A stretch of DNA of 64,000 bases from Candidatus Curtissbacteria bacterium RIFOXYA1_FULL_41_14 (lineage in GTDB: Bacteria > Patescibacteriota > Microgenomatia > Curtissbacterales > GWA2-41-24): the NCBI GenBank assembly GCA_001775095.1, contig MFCA01000025.1, forward strand, positions 181,232 to 245,231. Direction: 5' to 3'. Positions 1 through 10,011 of the stretch are shown piece after piece; position 1 is the stretch's first letter, and the number at the start of each line of letters is the position of its first letter. Under the pieces are notes generated by a model. That model was not told the DNA's origin, searched no databases, and worked only from the letters and a program-made list of their open reading frames with translations. Made by a program: the position numbers and the translations under genes.

Positions 1-472
1 AGGAGTTTCCAGTTTCTCCAGGCAGGGCCGTACCCGGAAAATGGGCAAGGGACTTATCAAATTTGAGATTATCTACTTGAACTTGGGCATTTTCAATTTC
101 AAGCTTTGGGATTGTTATTTGAAATTCCTGGGGTCTTTCACCTTGTGGCTTGTAATTGGTAGTGAAGTATGAAAAACCGTCCGGATCCTGGGCCACCTGG
201 ACATTAACAGCTAAAGTACTGCTTGCGGAGAGAACCTTTCCTGTGGGAATTGGAAATTCGTCTATTTTGGCAGTAAGCCTTGAAGCCGTAGTTAACTGCC
301 AGGAAAAATATGGCCAAAGCGCAAATATTAAAGACAAGAGACCAACTAACGAGATAAGAGAGAAGAAAAACCTGTCGCCCATTCGCTTACGCTCAGGGTA
401 AACTGCCTGCTTTTGAACTTTCGGCGGTTTTCGATAAACCGGGGGTTTTTTAATATAGACGGCCAAACTCAC
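1..472 (-). CDS. Sortase family protein (partial; 3' end runs off the window)
   Basis: Not in ORF track; manual translation from GTG472 (or TTG466): TM segment FFFSLISLVGLLSLIFALWPYF then ITIPKLEI...SLAHFPGTALPGETGNS, typical of the sortase N-terminal catalytic region. Confidence 0.8.
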   Translation of the reverse strand, partial: MSLAVYIKKPPVYRKPPKVQKQAVYPERKRMGDRFFFSLISLVGLLSLIFALWPYFSWQLTTASRLTAKIDEFPIPTGKVLSASSTLAVNVQVAQDPDGFSYFTTNYKPQGERPQEFQITIPKLEIENAQVQVDNLKFDKSLAHFPGTALPGETGNS

Positions 473-2662
473 TCAACTTGATTCTATTTTAAATGTGATT
501 TTAGATTTATTGCGCGGGATTGAACTGAAAAGAGGCAAATTCGGCGAAAAATCTACAACTACATCATTTACCTGGGGTATTTCCTTGATTATTGCCCTAG
601 TTTCTTTGATTCCCTTACCGGCGATTTTCTCTCGTAAATCATCCTCATTAAATTTTGGTACCAGTCCCACTTGGTATTTACCGGTGAGGTTGAGTGAGAG
701 ATCTTTTCTTTTAACATTCACATCCATAATTTCGACGTTTTCCTCTCTTGCCTGAAGATTTTCAGGGAGATCTTCGGTAGATTCAGCCAGTAATTTTTTT
801 AACTCGGACTCATTATAAACAATACCTGAAGCCTCAACTTCCATGTCGAGATTTAAAAGTGAAGCTTCCTCATCTACCTTTTTATCGAAAATCTTCTTTA
901 AAACTTTAACTATAACTATTTCCTCGGGTAATTTTTGGCCTGAAGTTTTACTTTTAAGATCAGCCTTTGCTTTCTCTGTCAGTGAATCAGTTAAATCTTT
1001 GGTGAGTCTATCCTGATCCTCCTGGGAAACTACTGTTATTTGTCTTTCTTCCCCGCCGGAAAAAGCTTCATCATTGTGTGCCGAATATAAAAGTTCATCG
1101 TACTGTTGAAAGGTGAAATCATTCCCTGCTCCAATATTGCCGCTGGTTCCAAATTCCTGGGCTTTAACAGCGGCTTTATTCTGACCGGGTGTTGAGGCAC
1201 TTCGGGAGGCAACTTCAATATCCCCCTCCAGAGTAAATTGAACCCCGTCTTTGGAAATGATAACTGCCTGAGAGGCAAAATTTTTAGGTGCAGTTGTCCA
1301 GTTTAAAACAGTAACTTCGCCGTGGGCATATTCTCCTAATTTTTTACTACCCGTGGTGACAGCTTTTTGATTTCCACTAGCTTGGACGGTTATTTCTTGG
1401 GCACCTATCTGACCTTCGGAAGCGTTAAGTGAACTACCCGGCAGCGCGCTGACGTTGAAATTATCCTCTTGGGGTTTTGCATCAACAATAATGCGCACTT
1501 GGGCTTCCGTTAATGTTTGGGCGGCAACAAAGGAGCCAATTAAGGCAATAATCAATAAGATACCCAAGATAATTAATAAATTCTTAAGAGGCGGTCTTTT
1601 TTTAAAGGCACCCAAAACCTTAGGCAGCCAGCCGACAGTCATTAAGTCCTGGGCAAAGTCTGACTTTTCGCTTGGTTCTGTTTCAACTCGCCGCGCAGCA
1701 GGTCCTGGTGTTTCGACAGCATATTCTTCTTCGGTATCCTTGGATGTTTTTTCTTCCAAATCGGCTGAGGGCTCTTTTTCCAAAGGAGATTCTTCCGGTT
1801 CCGATTCCTCCCCGGCCTTTTCCAGTAAAACATCCTCACCCTCAACGAATCCTAGTTCATCTGCACCTTTGCCAATTTTTTCTTTTTTTTCTCGTCTGTC
1901 AGCAACTAAGGAGCCTATAGTCGGCTCGTACCCCAATATATCTTGTGCCTGAGCATAGGCAATTGATTTTGCAAGATCCTCATCGCTTACTAGATCAATC
2001 CTTGGCTCCTGTACGAAAAGATCATGCCAGTCGGATTGCGAAAGTTTCTTGAAAATCTGAGAGCCTTCATCTGGTCCATAGATGATAATGCGCGATGGCA
2101 AGTCTGTGCCCTCTTCTTTTAATCTGCCAGCCAGCTGAAGAATTTTTTCAACGGTAGGTTGTGATTTAACAGTCTGACTTTTGACAACTTTATCGTTTTT
2201 TACTAGGTGAATTTCACAAAAATCTCCTAAAATACCAACTAAAAGAGCACTGGGTGTTGTCGATTCTTTAACTTTTAATAAGTGATTTAAACCAGATGCA
2301 AGTGATATAAAGGCTTGAGGATCAAGCTCTAAATCTTGGGCCAAATTTTTAAGAATTTTTGACGTGGCAGCTGAGGGTTCACCATCTTCAAACCAGTAGT
2401 GAGAAAGCCCGAAAACCGTCTGGGAAACATCGCTTTTAGCTTGTTCTGCCGCCGTATCAATGGCTGCCGCTGCCTGGTGAATAAGATTATCTGTATTTGT
2501 AAATGCCCTGTGGCTATATCCTAGAATTTCAACTTCATTTTGCAAATTAAAAGTCCATATGCAGACCAGGATTTTGTCGGGTGTTAAAGAAAGGGAAAGG
2601 TAGTTTTCTGAAGCACCTGTTTCTTTTTTAAAGGGTTTACCGATTATTCCCAAAAGTCCCAT
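473..2662 (-). CDS. Membrane protein: degenerate FtsA/PilM-like N-terminal region, acidic linker, TM helix, baseplate J/gp47-like C-terminal region
   Basis: 729 aa; TM LLIILGILLIIALIGSFV; C-terminal motifs AHGEVTVLN, DGVQFTL, VKAQEFGTSGNIGA, NDEAFSGG resemble baseplate J-like domains. Confidence 0.55.
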   Translation of the reverse strand: MGLLGIIGKPFKKETGASENYLSLSLTPDKILVCIWTFNLQNEVEILGYSHRAFTNTDNLIHQAAAAIDTAAEQAKSDVSQTVFGLSHYWFEDGEPSAATSKILKNLAQDLELDPQAFISLASGLNHLLKVKESTTPSALLVGILGDFCEIHLVKNDKVVKSQTVKSQPTVEKILQLAGRLKEEGTDLPSRIIIYGPDEGSQIFKKLSQSDWHDLFVQEPRIDLVSDEDLAKSIAYAQAQDILGYEPTIGSLVADRREKKEKIGKGADELGFVEGEDVLLEKAGEESEPEESPLEKEPSADLEEKTSKDTEEEYAVETPGPAARRVETEPSEKSDFAQDLMTVGWLPKVLGAFKKRPPLKNLLIILGILLIIALIGSFVAAQTLTEAQVRIIVDAKPQEDNFNVSALPGSSLNASEGQIGAQEITVQASGNQKAVTTGSKKLGEYAHGEVTVLNWTTAPKNFASQAVIISKDGVQFTLEGDIEVASRSASTPGQNKAAVKAQEFGTSGNIGAGNDFTFQQYDELLYSAHNDEAFSGGEERQITVVSQEDQDRLTKDLTDSLTEKAKADLKSKTSGQKLPEEIVIVKVLKKIFDKKVDEEASLLNLDMEVEASGIVYNESELKKLLAESTEDLPENLQAREENVEIMDVNVKRKDLSLNLTGKYQVGLVPKFNEDDLREKIAGKGIKETRAIIKEIPQVNDVVVDFSPNLPLFSSIPRNKSKITFKIESS

Positions 2663-2697
2663 AAAGTTTATCTAATTATAACAAGTGCAAAAAATTT

Positions 2698-3417
2698 TTA
2701 CTCCGTCTCGGGGATTGATTCTTCTGCTTGATCAGTAGCTTGTGGAAGGTCGGCAAATCCACCAGTGGTTCTTTTGGGCAGAGGCACTGGTTCTTCAACT
2801 TGTATCTCGTTAGCGTCATCGATTTTTACCGGTTCATTTGGTTTTTTACCCAATACGAAAAACCAGACCACAAATAATATAACTGCTACCAGAACTAGGG
2901 AAAAAATAACTATAGCTACAAGTCTTAATTTCTTAATCAGTGAGGGGGGTTCTTGGGGCGACTGGGGTATGTTTTGGTCTGACGAGCCTTGCTGTTTCTG
3001 GGCCACAAATGGGGTCGGATCCGGTTGGCTTGGGGCAACTTGTGTAATTTCACTGGAAGGAGAAGTTTCTTGTTGTGAGGTTAGGTCAGCTATTAGTGGA
3101 GGAACAGGAGGTTTAAATGAAGAAAGATTAGGACCAGCGGCAGAAGGTTCTTGAGGTAATGGCACAGGGGGTAGTCCCTGTGACGGTGACAGTGGTGATG
3201 GCGGGGATAAGGGTTTTTCCGGTATTTTTGGTAAGGTGCTGGGAGAGGGATTGATCGGGGGCGAAGCCGGAGCTGGTGGTTGTTTAAACACACCATCTTC
3301 CTCGCCTGCTACGACAAATTGACCTGGTTGAATTGGGCTTTTGGACAGCGGGGATCCGCCTGTGGGCATATTGGGGCTTTGCGGATTTTGATTGTTTTTT
3401 GGGGCAGATGGGTCCAT
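2698..3417 (-). CDS. Pro/Ser-rich single-pass membrane protein
   Basis: 239 aa ORF, low-complexity N-terminus, one TM near C-terminus. Confidence 0.7.
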   Translation of the reverse strand: MDPSAPKNNQNPQSPNMPTGGSPLSKSPIQPGQFVVAGEEDGVFKQPPAPASPPINPSPSTLPKIPEKPLSPPSPLSPSQGLPPVPLPQEPSAAGPNLSSFKPPVPPLIADLTSQQETSPSSEITQVAPSQPDPTPFVAQKQQGSSDQNIPQSPQEPPSLIKKLRLVAIVIFSLVLVAVILFVVWFFVLGKKPNEPVKIDDANEIQVEEPVPLPKRTTGGFADLPQATDQAEESIPETE

Positions 3418-3435
3418 TTATCGTTCCCTTCGGTC

Positions 3436-3560
3436 ACAATTTCCAATTTCCATTTTCCAATTTTCGTTTTTCCGAAAATACGCTCTCGTATTTCCAATGA
3501 TTGAGCTTCTGGATTTATATTTATTTGAAATTTGACATTTGAAATTTGACATTTGAAATT
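3436..3560. repeat. Intergenic degenerate heptamer repeats (AATTTCC on the left; GAAATTT/GACATTT on the right)
   Basis: aatttccaatttccattttccaatttt ... tttgaaatttgacatttgaaatttgacatttgaaatt; the arms are roughly complementary. Confidence 0.6.
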
Positions 3561-3563
3561 ATT

Positions 3564-5330
3564 TTACTTATTTATTGTAGCATATATTCTTCTAATTCCT
3601 GAACCTAATGACTCTTCTTTTATTATTTTAAATTTACCCAGCTTTCCGGTTGTTTTTGCATGAGGACCACCGCAAAATTCTTTGGAAAAAGCATCTTCGA
3701 TTTTATCTGTCGGTGAGATATAGTAAACGCTGACTAAATCGCCATATTTTTGCGCAAATAAGCCAATCGCTCCGGCCTCTTGGGCAGCTTCTTTGGGTAT
3801 AGTCTTTTGATAAACTTTAAGATCATTCTTAATTTTCTGATTGACAATATTTTCGACTTTTTTGATCTCGTTATCGGTTAATTTTTCTTGGTGGCTAAAA
3901 TCGAACCTTAATCTTTCTTCGGTAATATGAGACCCGGCTTGATGGACATGCGTGCCCAGGACTTCTCGAAGCGCCTGATGCAGTAGATGAGTAGCGGTGT
4001 GAAGTTTGACAGTTTTATCTGATTGACTTACCAAACCTCCTTTAGTTTTTTGACCAGCCTTCTGGGAAAGTTTCTGGTGTGCTCTAAATTCTTTCTCAAA
4101 ACCAACTATGTCTATCTTTTTGTTATTTTCCTCAGCAAGTTCTATGGTTAATTCAATTGGGAAACCATAGTTTTGATAAAGATCGAAAGCATACCGGCCG
4201 CTGATGTCGCCTTTTATCTTTTCAAACTGCCGGATACCTGAAGCAAGTGCCTTTTTAAATTTGTCTTCCTCTTTGGCAAGTTCCTCTAAAATTGTAGCTT
4301 GAAATTCCCCAAGATTTGGATAAATTTCGCCATAAGTCTTAATAACAATTTTAGCCAAATCATTTAAGAAATCCCTTTTAATTTGTAAAAGGGCAGCATG
4401 ACGAATCGCTCTTCTTACTAAACGCCTGAGAACATAACCGCGCTCTACATTTGAAGGAATAACTCCATCTAATATTAGAAAAACAGCTGCTCTCAGATGG
4501 TCAGCTACTATGCGAGCTGATTTTACATTGAAGTTTTCAGATAAATCTTCGATTTTTTTGGCAAGAGGCAAGAAAACATCAATTTCGTAAATCGAGGGGG
4601 TATTTTGAAGAACCATCAATATGCGTTCCAGACCCATACCAGTATCGACATTTTTTTGCTTAAGAGGCCTAAAACTTCCATCGGCCTGACGATCGTACTG
4701 CATAAAAACATCGTTCCAAATTTCGACAAATCGATTTGAATTTCCGGCCGGATCAACTTTTCCTTGACTTGGATTCAGGTCATAAAACATTTCGGTGTCC
4801 GGGCCGCAAGGACCTGTCTGGCCAATCGGTCCCCACCAATTTTGACTCTTGCCATATTTAAAGATATGATCCTCGTTTACCCCAAGTTTTCGCCAGATTT
4901 CGAATGACTCTTGATCAAATGGGGCATCGTTATCACCGGCAAAGACCGAAACATAAATCCTTTTGGAATCAAGTTTTAAGAAGTTTATTAAAAATTCATA
5001 CGACCAGGAAATTGTTTTTTCTTTCCAATAGTCGCCCAGCGACCAATTGCCCAGCATTTCGAAAAAAGTATTATGGACATTATCCCCAACATCTTCAATG
5101 TCATCAGTTCGCAGGCACCTCTGGATATTGACAAGTCTTTGACCTTCTGGATGGGACTGGCCTAAAAGATAAGGAACTAGGGGGTGCATGCCGGCAGTTG
5201 TGAAAAGAACACGTTGAGTCGGGGCAAACTCAACATTTTCCAGAGGGACCAGAGATGCAGATGGAATAATTTTATGCCCTTTCTCTTCAAAAAATTTAAG
5301 AAATTTCTGGCGAAGTTCAATAGATTTCAT
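3564..5330 (-). CDS. alaS: Alanine--tRNA ligase (short form lacking C-Ala domain)
   Basis: FTTAGMHPL, HNTFFEMLGNWS, GPCGPDTE, DTGMGLER, editing HTATHLLH and EFCGGPH; ends at GIRRIYA. Confidence 0.97.
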   Translation of the reverse strand: MKSIELRQKFLKFFEEKGHKIIPSASLVPLENVEFAPTQRVLFTTAGMHPLVPYLLGQSHPEGQRLVNIQRCLRTDDIEDVGDNVHNTFFEMLGNWSLGDYWKEKTISWSYEFLINFLKLDSKRIYVSVFAGDNDAPFDQESFEIWRKLGVNEDHIFKYGKSQNWWGPIGQTGPCGPDTEMFYDLNPSQGKVDPAGNSNRFVEIWNDVFMQYDRQADGSFRPLKQKNVDTGMGLERILMVLQNTPSIYEIDVFLPLAKKIEDLSENFNVKSARIVADHLRAAVFLILDGVIPSNVERGYVLRRLVRRAIRHAALLQIKRDFLNDLAKIVIKTYGEIYPNLGEFQATILEELAKEEDKFKKALASGIRQFEKIKGDISGRYAFDLYQNYGFPIELTIELAEENNKKIDIVGFEKEFRAHQKLSQKAGQKTKGGLVSQSDKTVKLHTATHLLHQALREVLGTHVHQAGSHITEERLRFDFSHQEKLTDNEIKKVENIVNQKIKNDLKVYQKTIPKEAAQEAGAIGLFAQKYGDLVSVYYISPTDKIEDAFSKEFCGGPHAKTTGKLGKFKIIKEESLGSGIRRIYATINK

Positions 5331-5383
5331 AGTTGCTTAATTATATAAAAATTATAATGAATATAAAGATTATAGTGAAATTT

Positions 5384-5746
5384 TTAAGATTCAGCGCGAT
5401 GGCGGCGGAAGAAGAAGCGGCGGCCTCTTTTTTGAATTTCAGCAATTTGGGATGGAATTTGGGCAGAAACATCTTCGACTTTTGACTTGACTTCCCGGAT
5501 TCCTTCCTCAATTTTATCCCGAACTTGTTGACTTTCTTCTTGTATATCTGGCTCTGCTTCTTCTAACTTTTTAATACCCTCCTGGACATTTTCCCCCATT
5601 TTTTCCAGAAGCTTGGCACCGTCTTTTAAGAATTGCTCTTTAATTTTTTGACCGTCTTTGGTACCAAAAAGATAGGTTAGGGCAGCTCCAATAACTACGC
5701 CGGCGATAAAAGTTGCAAGATTATTACCTTGCCTCTGATCGTTCAT
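5384..5746 (-). CDS. YtxH-like protein
   Basis: FIAGVVIGAALTYLFGTKDGQKIKE followed by a coiled coil. Confidence 0.7.
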   Translation of the reverse strand: MNDQRQGNNLATFIAGVVIGAALTYLFGTKDGQKIKEQFLKDGAKLLEKMGENVQEGIKKLEEAEPDIQEESQQVRDKIEEGIREVKSKVEDVSAQIPSQIAEIQKRGRRFFFRRHRAES

Positions 5747-6036
5747 TTTCCTTTTGTCCCCTCTGTCCCTTTTGTGTCTTTTGACCCCTTTTTCAAAAGA
5801 TGTGCAATACCAACACCGGCGGCCATAGCAGTAAATAAATTGCCGGCAGATTCGATTGGTTTTTTAACCTGGCCGACCAAATCATCGGCATCGTCAAAAA
5901 GTCTGTTTAAACGAAACAACGTTCTTCTAAGATCCTTAAGGACGAAATAGACCTGGAAGCCAATTACCACTAAAAAAACTGTTAAAACAATGATTACAGC
6001 AAGAAGAACTATTTGAGTGCTATCGACGGGCAGCAT
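5743..6036 (-). CDS. Small membrane protein (DUF948/YtxG-like)
   Basis: N-terminal TM plus coiled coil, overlaps YtxH-like gene by 4 nt; C-terminal KGSKDTKGTEGTKGK comes from a 9-nt repeat. Confidence 0.6.
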   Translation of the reverse strand: MLPVDSTQIVLLAVIIVLTVFLVVIGFQVYFVLKDLRRTLFRLNRLFDDADDLVGQVKKPIESAGNLFTAMAAGVGIAHLLKKGSKDTKGTEGTKGK

Positions 6037-6162
6037 AATAGTTAGTCAAAGTCAACAGTCAAAGTTAAAAGTGACTCTGACTTATTGTGTATACTTCAAT
6101 TCCCTACTTCTTGTCAATTCCTGGGAACTTGATAAGTTTATGTCATCAGATAAAAGGGGGTT

Positions 6163-6786
6163 TTAGCGAACCAGGCGAATTGTGCGGGTGGCTTTGGATT
6201 TTGGGGAAAGGCGTTTGGAGGCGATTATTTCTATGATGTTTTGACCGTCTTTAAGTTCTAGCTGGTAGGAAAAGTTACCCACCTCGTCTATTGGCACAAA
6301 CATACCTTCTATAGCAACTTGCGCATCTTTTTGGGTTTGTCCAGAAATCACCACGTAGGGAATAGATGTTGTTGAATCATCTTGCGGTGCGTAAATTTCC
6401 AGTTTTGGTGCAGATAGCAATGATAAATATTGAACTGTTAAGTAACCAACAAAGGTAAATACTACTGCGAAAATGGTAATTGTTAATAACTTATTGTATG
6501 TAAACACTATTTTTTTAGGCCGTCTTATGACTGCCTTGGAAGGGTATTTCTTTTCATCGTACTCCCTCCTGTAAAGTGCAGTCATGTGACTGGGGTCAAG
6601 ACCTAAATACGCCGCATAACTTTTAATAAAGCCTTTAACAAAAGGGGGCTCAGGCAAATTTTGCCAATCTCCTGCCTCAAGAGCCTCTAAATATTCTTTT
6701 TTAATGTGCAAGTCCCGGGCTATCTTTTCCAGAGAATACTTTTTTATGCGTCTTTGCGAAGAAAAAACCTCGCTCGTGGTCTTCAT
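6163..6786 (-). CDS. RodZ-like HTH membrane protein with C-terminal Ig-like domain
   Basis: SLEKIARDLHIKKEYLEALEAGDWQNLP..FVKGFIKSYAAYLGLD, TM, Ig-like tail; directly downstream of ftsK. Confidence 0.8.
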   Translation of the reverse strand: MKTTSEVFSSQRRIKKYSLEKIARDLHIKKEYLEALEAGDWQNLPEPPFVKGFIKSYAAYLGLDPSHMTALYRREYDEKKYPSKAVIRRPKKIVFTYNKLLTITIFAVVFTFVGYLTVQYLSLLSAPKLEIYAPQDDSTTSIPYVVISGQTQKDAQVAIEGMFVPIDEVGNFSYQLELKDGQNIIEIIASKRLSPKSKATRTIRLVR

Positions 6787-6799
6787 GAATTTTTTATAA

Positions 6800-8905
6800 T
6801 CAGGAGGCTTGGGTTTGGGCCTGTATGTATTCCTCAGCGTCTTTTACCAGGACATCGCGGGGTTTTGATCCCTCACCCGGACCAACAATTCCAGCCATTT
6901 CTAACTCATCCAAAAGCCTGGCGGCTCGAGCGTAACCAATACGAAGTCTTCTCTGTAGAAGTGATGCGGAAGCCCTATCATATTGGCAAATTGTCCTCAC
7001 GGCCTCTTCGAAAAATTCATCCTTTGCACCCCCAGTTACGCCAGCAATTTTACCAACAGGCATTTGAGTAACTTCTTCGGTATATTCCGGCTCAATACCT
7101 GATCTTTTGAGAAAGGTAATTAAATTCCTTATCTCGGTATCCGAAACATAAATACCCTGAATTCTTGAAGGTTTTGAAGCATCAGGCGGCACGTAAAGCA
7201 TGTCGCCTTTTCCTAACAACTTCTCGGCACCGGGCTGATCGAGTATAACTCTTGAGTCGACCATTGAAGATACATTAAAGGCAATTCTGCAAGGAATATT
7301 AGCCTTAATTAGTCCAGTAATAACGTCGACAGATGGTCTTTGGGTTGCAACCACCAAATGGACACCGGTGGCCCTAGCCATAGCGGCAAGCCTAACGATG
7401 GCATTTTCAACCTCAACAGGGGCAAATTCCATTAAGTTTTGCAATTCGTCAACAATAATAATGATGTAGGGAAGTGCTTGAAAACCAGAAAGTTCATTAT
7501 ACCCGTTTATATTTCTAACCTGGGCTTCATGAAAGAGTCTGTAGCGTCTATCCATTTCCTGCATAGCCCATTTTAGAGCAGATAGAATTTTTTCAGGCTC
7601 AATAATAACTGGTGTTAATAGGTGAGGAATATCATTATATTCAGAAAGTTCAACACGCTTCGGGTCAACTAGAATAAGCTTAACTTCATGCGGGCTAGCT
7701 CTAAAAAGTAAAGTTGCGATAAAAGAATTTAAAAGAACCGATTTTCCCGAACCGGTCGTGCCGGCGATTAGAACATGGGGCATTCTAGCTATATCGGAAA
7801 TAACTGTGTTGCCTGAAACATCCAAGCCGAGAGCAACTGCCAACTTAGACTTATTGGTACGCAGAGAATCGTCCATCAAAGCATTTTTAAGAGTCACCAT
7901 TTCCGGGCTAAGATTGGGGATTTCTACTCCGACTAGGGATTTTCCGGGAATTGGTGCTTCAATTCTGACATTACCTGTTGAGGTTGCCAAAGCTAGTGCA
8001 AGGTCGTTTTGCAGTGCCAGAACTTTGGAGAGTTTTATGCCCATAGGAATTTCTAGGGCATACTGGGTGACAGTCGGACCAGGATTAACTTCAACAACTT
8101 TGGCGGTTATTCCAAAACTTTCAAGTGTCTTTTCAATTGTTTGGGCGTTATGTTTGACATTACCACGATTCGCAGACAGGCCTTTTGAATCATTAAGAAG
8201 AGATAAGGGAGGATATTGCCAGGCTTGGGTTTGTCCAGGCGCGTTGACGACTACGCTTTGGCCCAAGCCAACGTCTTTTTCTAAAGGTCGATCCTGCGAT
8301 CTTTGCTTCTGATCAACTCTATCGGTTGGCGACTTGATAACAAATTTAGGTTTTCCTAAGCCCAATAATTTAAATATTTTCTCTTGAGAGGACTTCGTTA
8401 GTTTTTTTAATTTTGTGTAAATAGTAACAATTGCATTGACTGCTTGATCGAAACTTGTGTTAAGCGCAATTATCAAAGAGATAAAAAAGGCAAAGAAGAG
8501 TACAAAAAAAGCTCCAACAGGAGTCACCAATGATTTAATAACCAGCCATAAATTAGAACCTAGAAGCCCGGCGAGATTTTCTCCAAAAATAGACATTAGT
8601 GCAATAAATGAAAGCAAGACGCCTAACGAGCCAAGTATTATATTTGGTTTGGAAAAACGGCTTTTTACACCAAGCAATGGTAAGCTAAATGTAATTATCA
8701 AGAATGGAACCAGAAACACGCCAATACCAAACAAATTGTCGAAGTAATCATGAAGCGAAAGTAAAATACCGGTTTGAGTAAAAAAGGATAGAAGAAGAAG
8801 TAAAGATCCTGCCAGCAATACAAAACCTATTATGGTAGAAATTGTTTTCTTCTCGAGAGAAAGTGGCGGATTTTTGTATTTCTTATATCTTCTCATTCTG
8901 GGCAT
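6800..8905 (-). CDS. ftsK: DNA translocase FtsK/SpoIIIE
   Basis: N-terminal TMs, RIEAPIPGK, Walker A AGTTGSGKS, ATQRPSVDVITG, gamma domain ASASLLQRRLRIGYARAARL. Confidence 0.97.
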   Translation of the reverse strand: MPRMRRYKKYKNPPLSLEKKTISTIIGFVLLAGSLLLLLSFFTQTGILLSLHDYFDNLFGIGVFLVPFLIITFSLPLLGVKSRFSKPNIILGSLGVLLSFIALMSIFGENLAGLLGSNLWLVIKSLVTPVGAFFVLFFAFFISLIIALNTSFDQAVNAIVTIYTKLKKLTKSSQEKIFKLLGLGKPKFVIKSPTDRVDQKQRSQDRPLEKDVGLGQSVVVNAPGQTQAWQYPPLSLLNDSKGLSANRGNVKHNAQTIEKTLESFGITAKVVEVNPGPTVTQYALEIPMGIKLSKVLALQNDLALALATSTGNVRIEAPIPGKSLVGVEIPNLSPEMVTLKNALMDDSLRTNKSKLAVALGLDVSGNTVISDIARMPHVLIAGTTGSGKSVLLNSFIATLLFRASPHEVKLILVDPKRVELSEYNDIPHLLTPVIIEPEKILSALKWAMQEMDRRYRLFHEAQVRNINGYNELSGFQALPYIIIIVDELQNLMEFAPVEVENAIVRLAAMARATGVHLVVATQRPSVDVITGLIKANIPCRIAFNVSSMVDSRVILDQPGAEKLLGKGDMLYVPPDASKPSRIQGIYVSDTEIRNLITFLKRSGIEPEYTEEVTQMPVGKIAGVTGGAKDEFFEEAVRTICQYDRASASLLQRRLRIGYARAARLLDELEMAGIVGPGEGSKPRDVLVKDAEEYIQAQTQAS

Positions 8906-8949
8906 ATATTTAATTTTACCTTAAATGTCATTAAATTGCTATAGGGTAC

Positions 8950-10011
8950 TTACCAGGAAGGCAAATATTGCTTTAGATTGTCTTTGGATAAAACTAATCT
9001 TTCGATTTTACCTTCCACTTTTAATTTAGCGATTTTGCGACAAATTCCATTGATCGTCCTGTCCAATGTTCTCATACCTGCATCAAAACCTAAAGGTCTG
9101 ACGATTTCCGGCCAAACTCCTTCTTGAAATTCCAGGTCTTGCTTTGATAAACCTGAAGCAACTATTGCCCTGGGTAGAAGATAGCTTTTGCCGATAATTG
9201 TTTTCTGTTCATCGCTGTAGGAAGGTAACTCAATAAGCTCCAGTCTATCTAAAACTGCTGTGGCGATACCTGCAGTATTATTGGCAGTAGCAATAAACAA
9301 TACTTCACTTAGGTCAAACGGGTAATCTATAAAATGATCAAGGAATTTGCTATTTTGCTCGGGGTCTAAAAGTTCAACCAACACTCCCATAATATCTCCC
9401 TTAGCTTCGTTGGTAATTCTGTCGATCTCGTCAAGAAGAATTACAGGGTTTTTGGTACCAATTCTTCTTAAAACTTTCATGATCTGGCCCGGCTCAGCGT
9501 CGGAGAATGCACGGGATCTTCCTCGAAGTTGCAGTGCCTCCCCCATTCCGCCCATCGGAATTCTTCCAAATTGGCGGCCAAGTGCCTGGGCAATTGAAAA
9601 GGCCATTGTTGTTTTGCCTGTGCCGACCAATCCAACCAAAAGTAAGGCCGGCGCTTTAGTAGAGTGCGGATTTGGATCTTGTTGATTTTGTTTCAAATTA
9701 ACAACAGAAATGTATTCTAAAATTCGTTCTTTGATGTTTTCTAAGCCGTAATGATTAGTGTCTAACACTTTCTTAGCGTGATCAAGGGAAAGAATATCCT
9801 GACTTCGTTTCTCCCAAGGAAGCGCAATAATCCAGTCCAAATATCTGGCGACTTGATCATATTCTTGGGAATAACCTTGAGACGCCGCAAATTTAACTAA
9901 TCTTTCAATTAGTGACTTAGCTCTTTGGTGGAGGTCGGGCGGAATTTTGGCAACATTAAGCTTTGACTCGAGAATCTTAATATCTTCCAGCAAGGCAGGC
10001 GAGGAATTCAC
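8950..10011 (-). CDS. Lon-like AAA+ ATPase lacking N-domain and protease domain
   Basis: YLDWIIALPW, HYGLENIKERILEY, GLVGTGKT, NPVILLDEID, LLDPEQNSKFLDHF; stops at 353 aa before the S16 protease domain. Confidence 0.85.
   Translation of the reverse strand: MNSSPALLEDIKILESKLNVAKIPPDLHQRAKSLIERLVKFAASQGYSQEYDQVARYLDWIIALPWEKRSQDILSLDHAKKVLDTNHYGLENIKERILEYISVVNLKQNQQDPNPHSTKAPALLLVGLVGTGKTTMAFSIAQALGRQFGRIPMGGMGEALQLRGRSRAFSDAEPGQIMKVLRRIGTKNPVILLDEIDRITNEAKGDIMGVLVELLDPEQNSKFLDHFIDYPFDLSEVLFIATANNTAGIATAVLDRLELIELPSYSDEQKTIIGKSYLLPRAIVASGLSKQDLEFQEGVWPEIVRPLGFDAGMRTLDRTINGICRKIAKLKVEGKIERLVLSKDNLKQYLPSW

Noticed and set aside
156-401. + strand 81-aa ORF
   Set aside because: Antisense shadow of the sortase gene; most other short ORFs overlapping long genes were rejected for the same reason
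473-2662. Prophage or contractile injection system
   Set aside because: Only a single baseplate-like domain; no sheath, tube, terminase or integrase genes nearby
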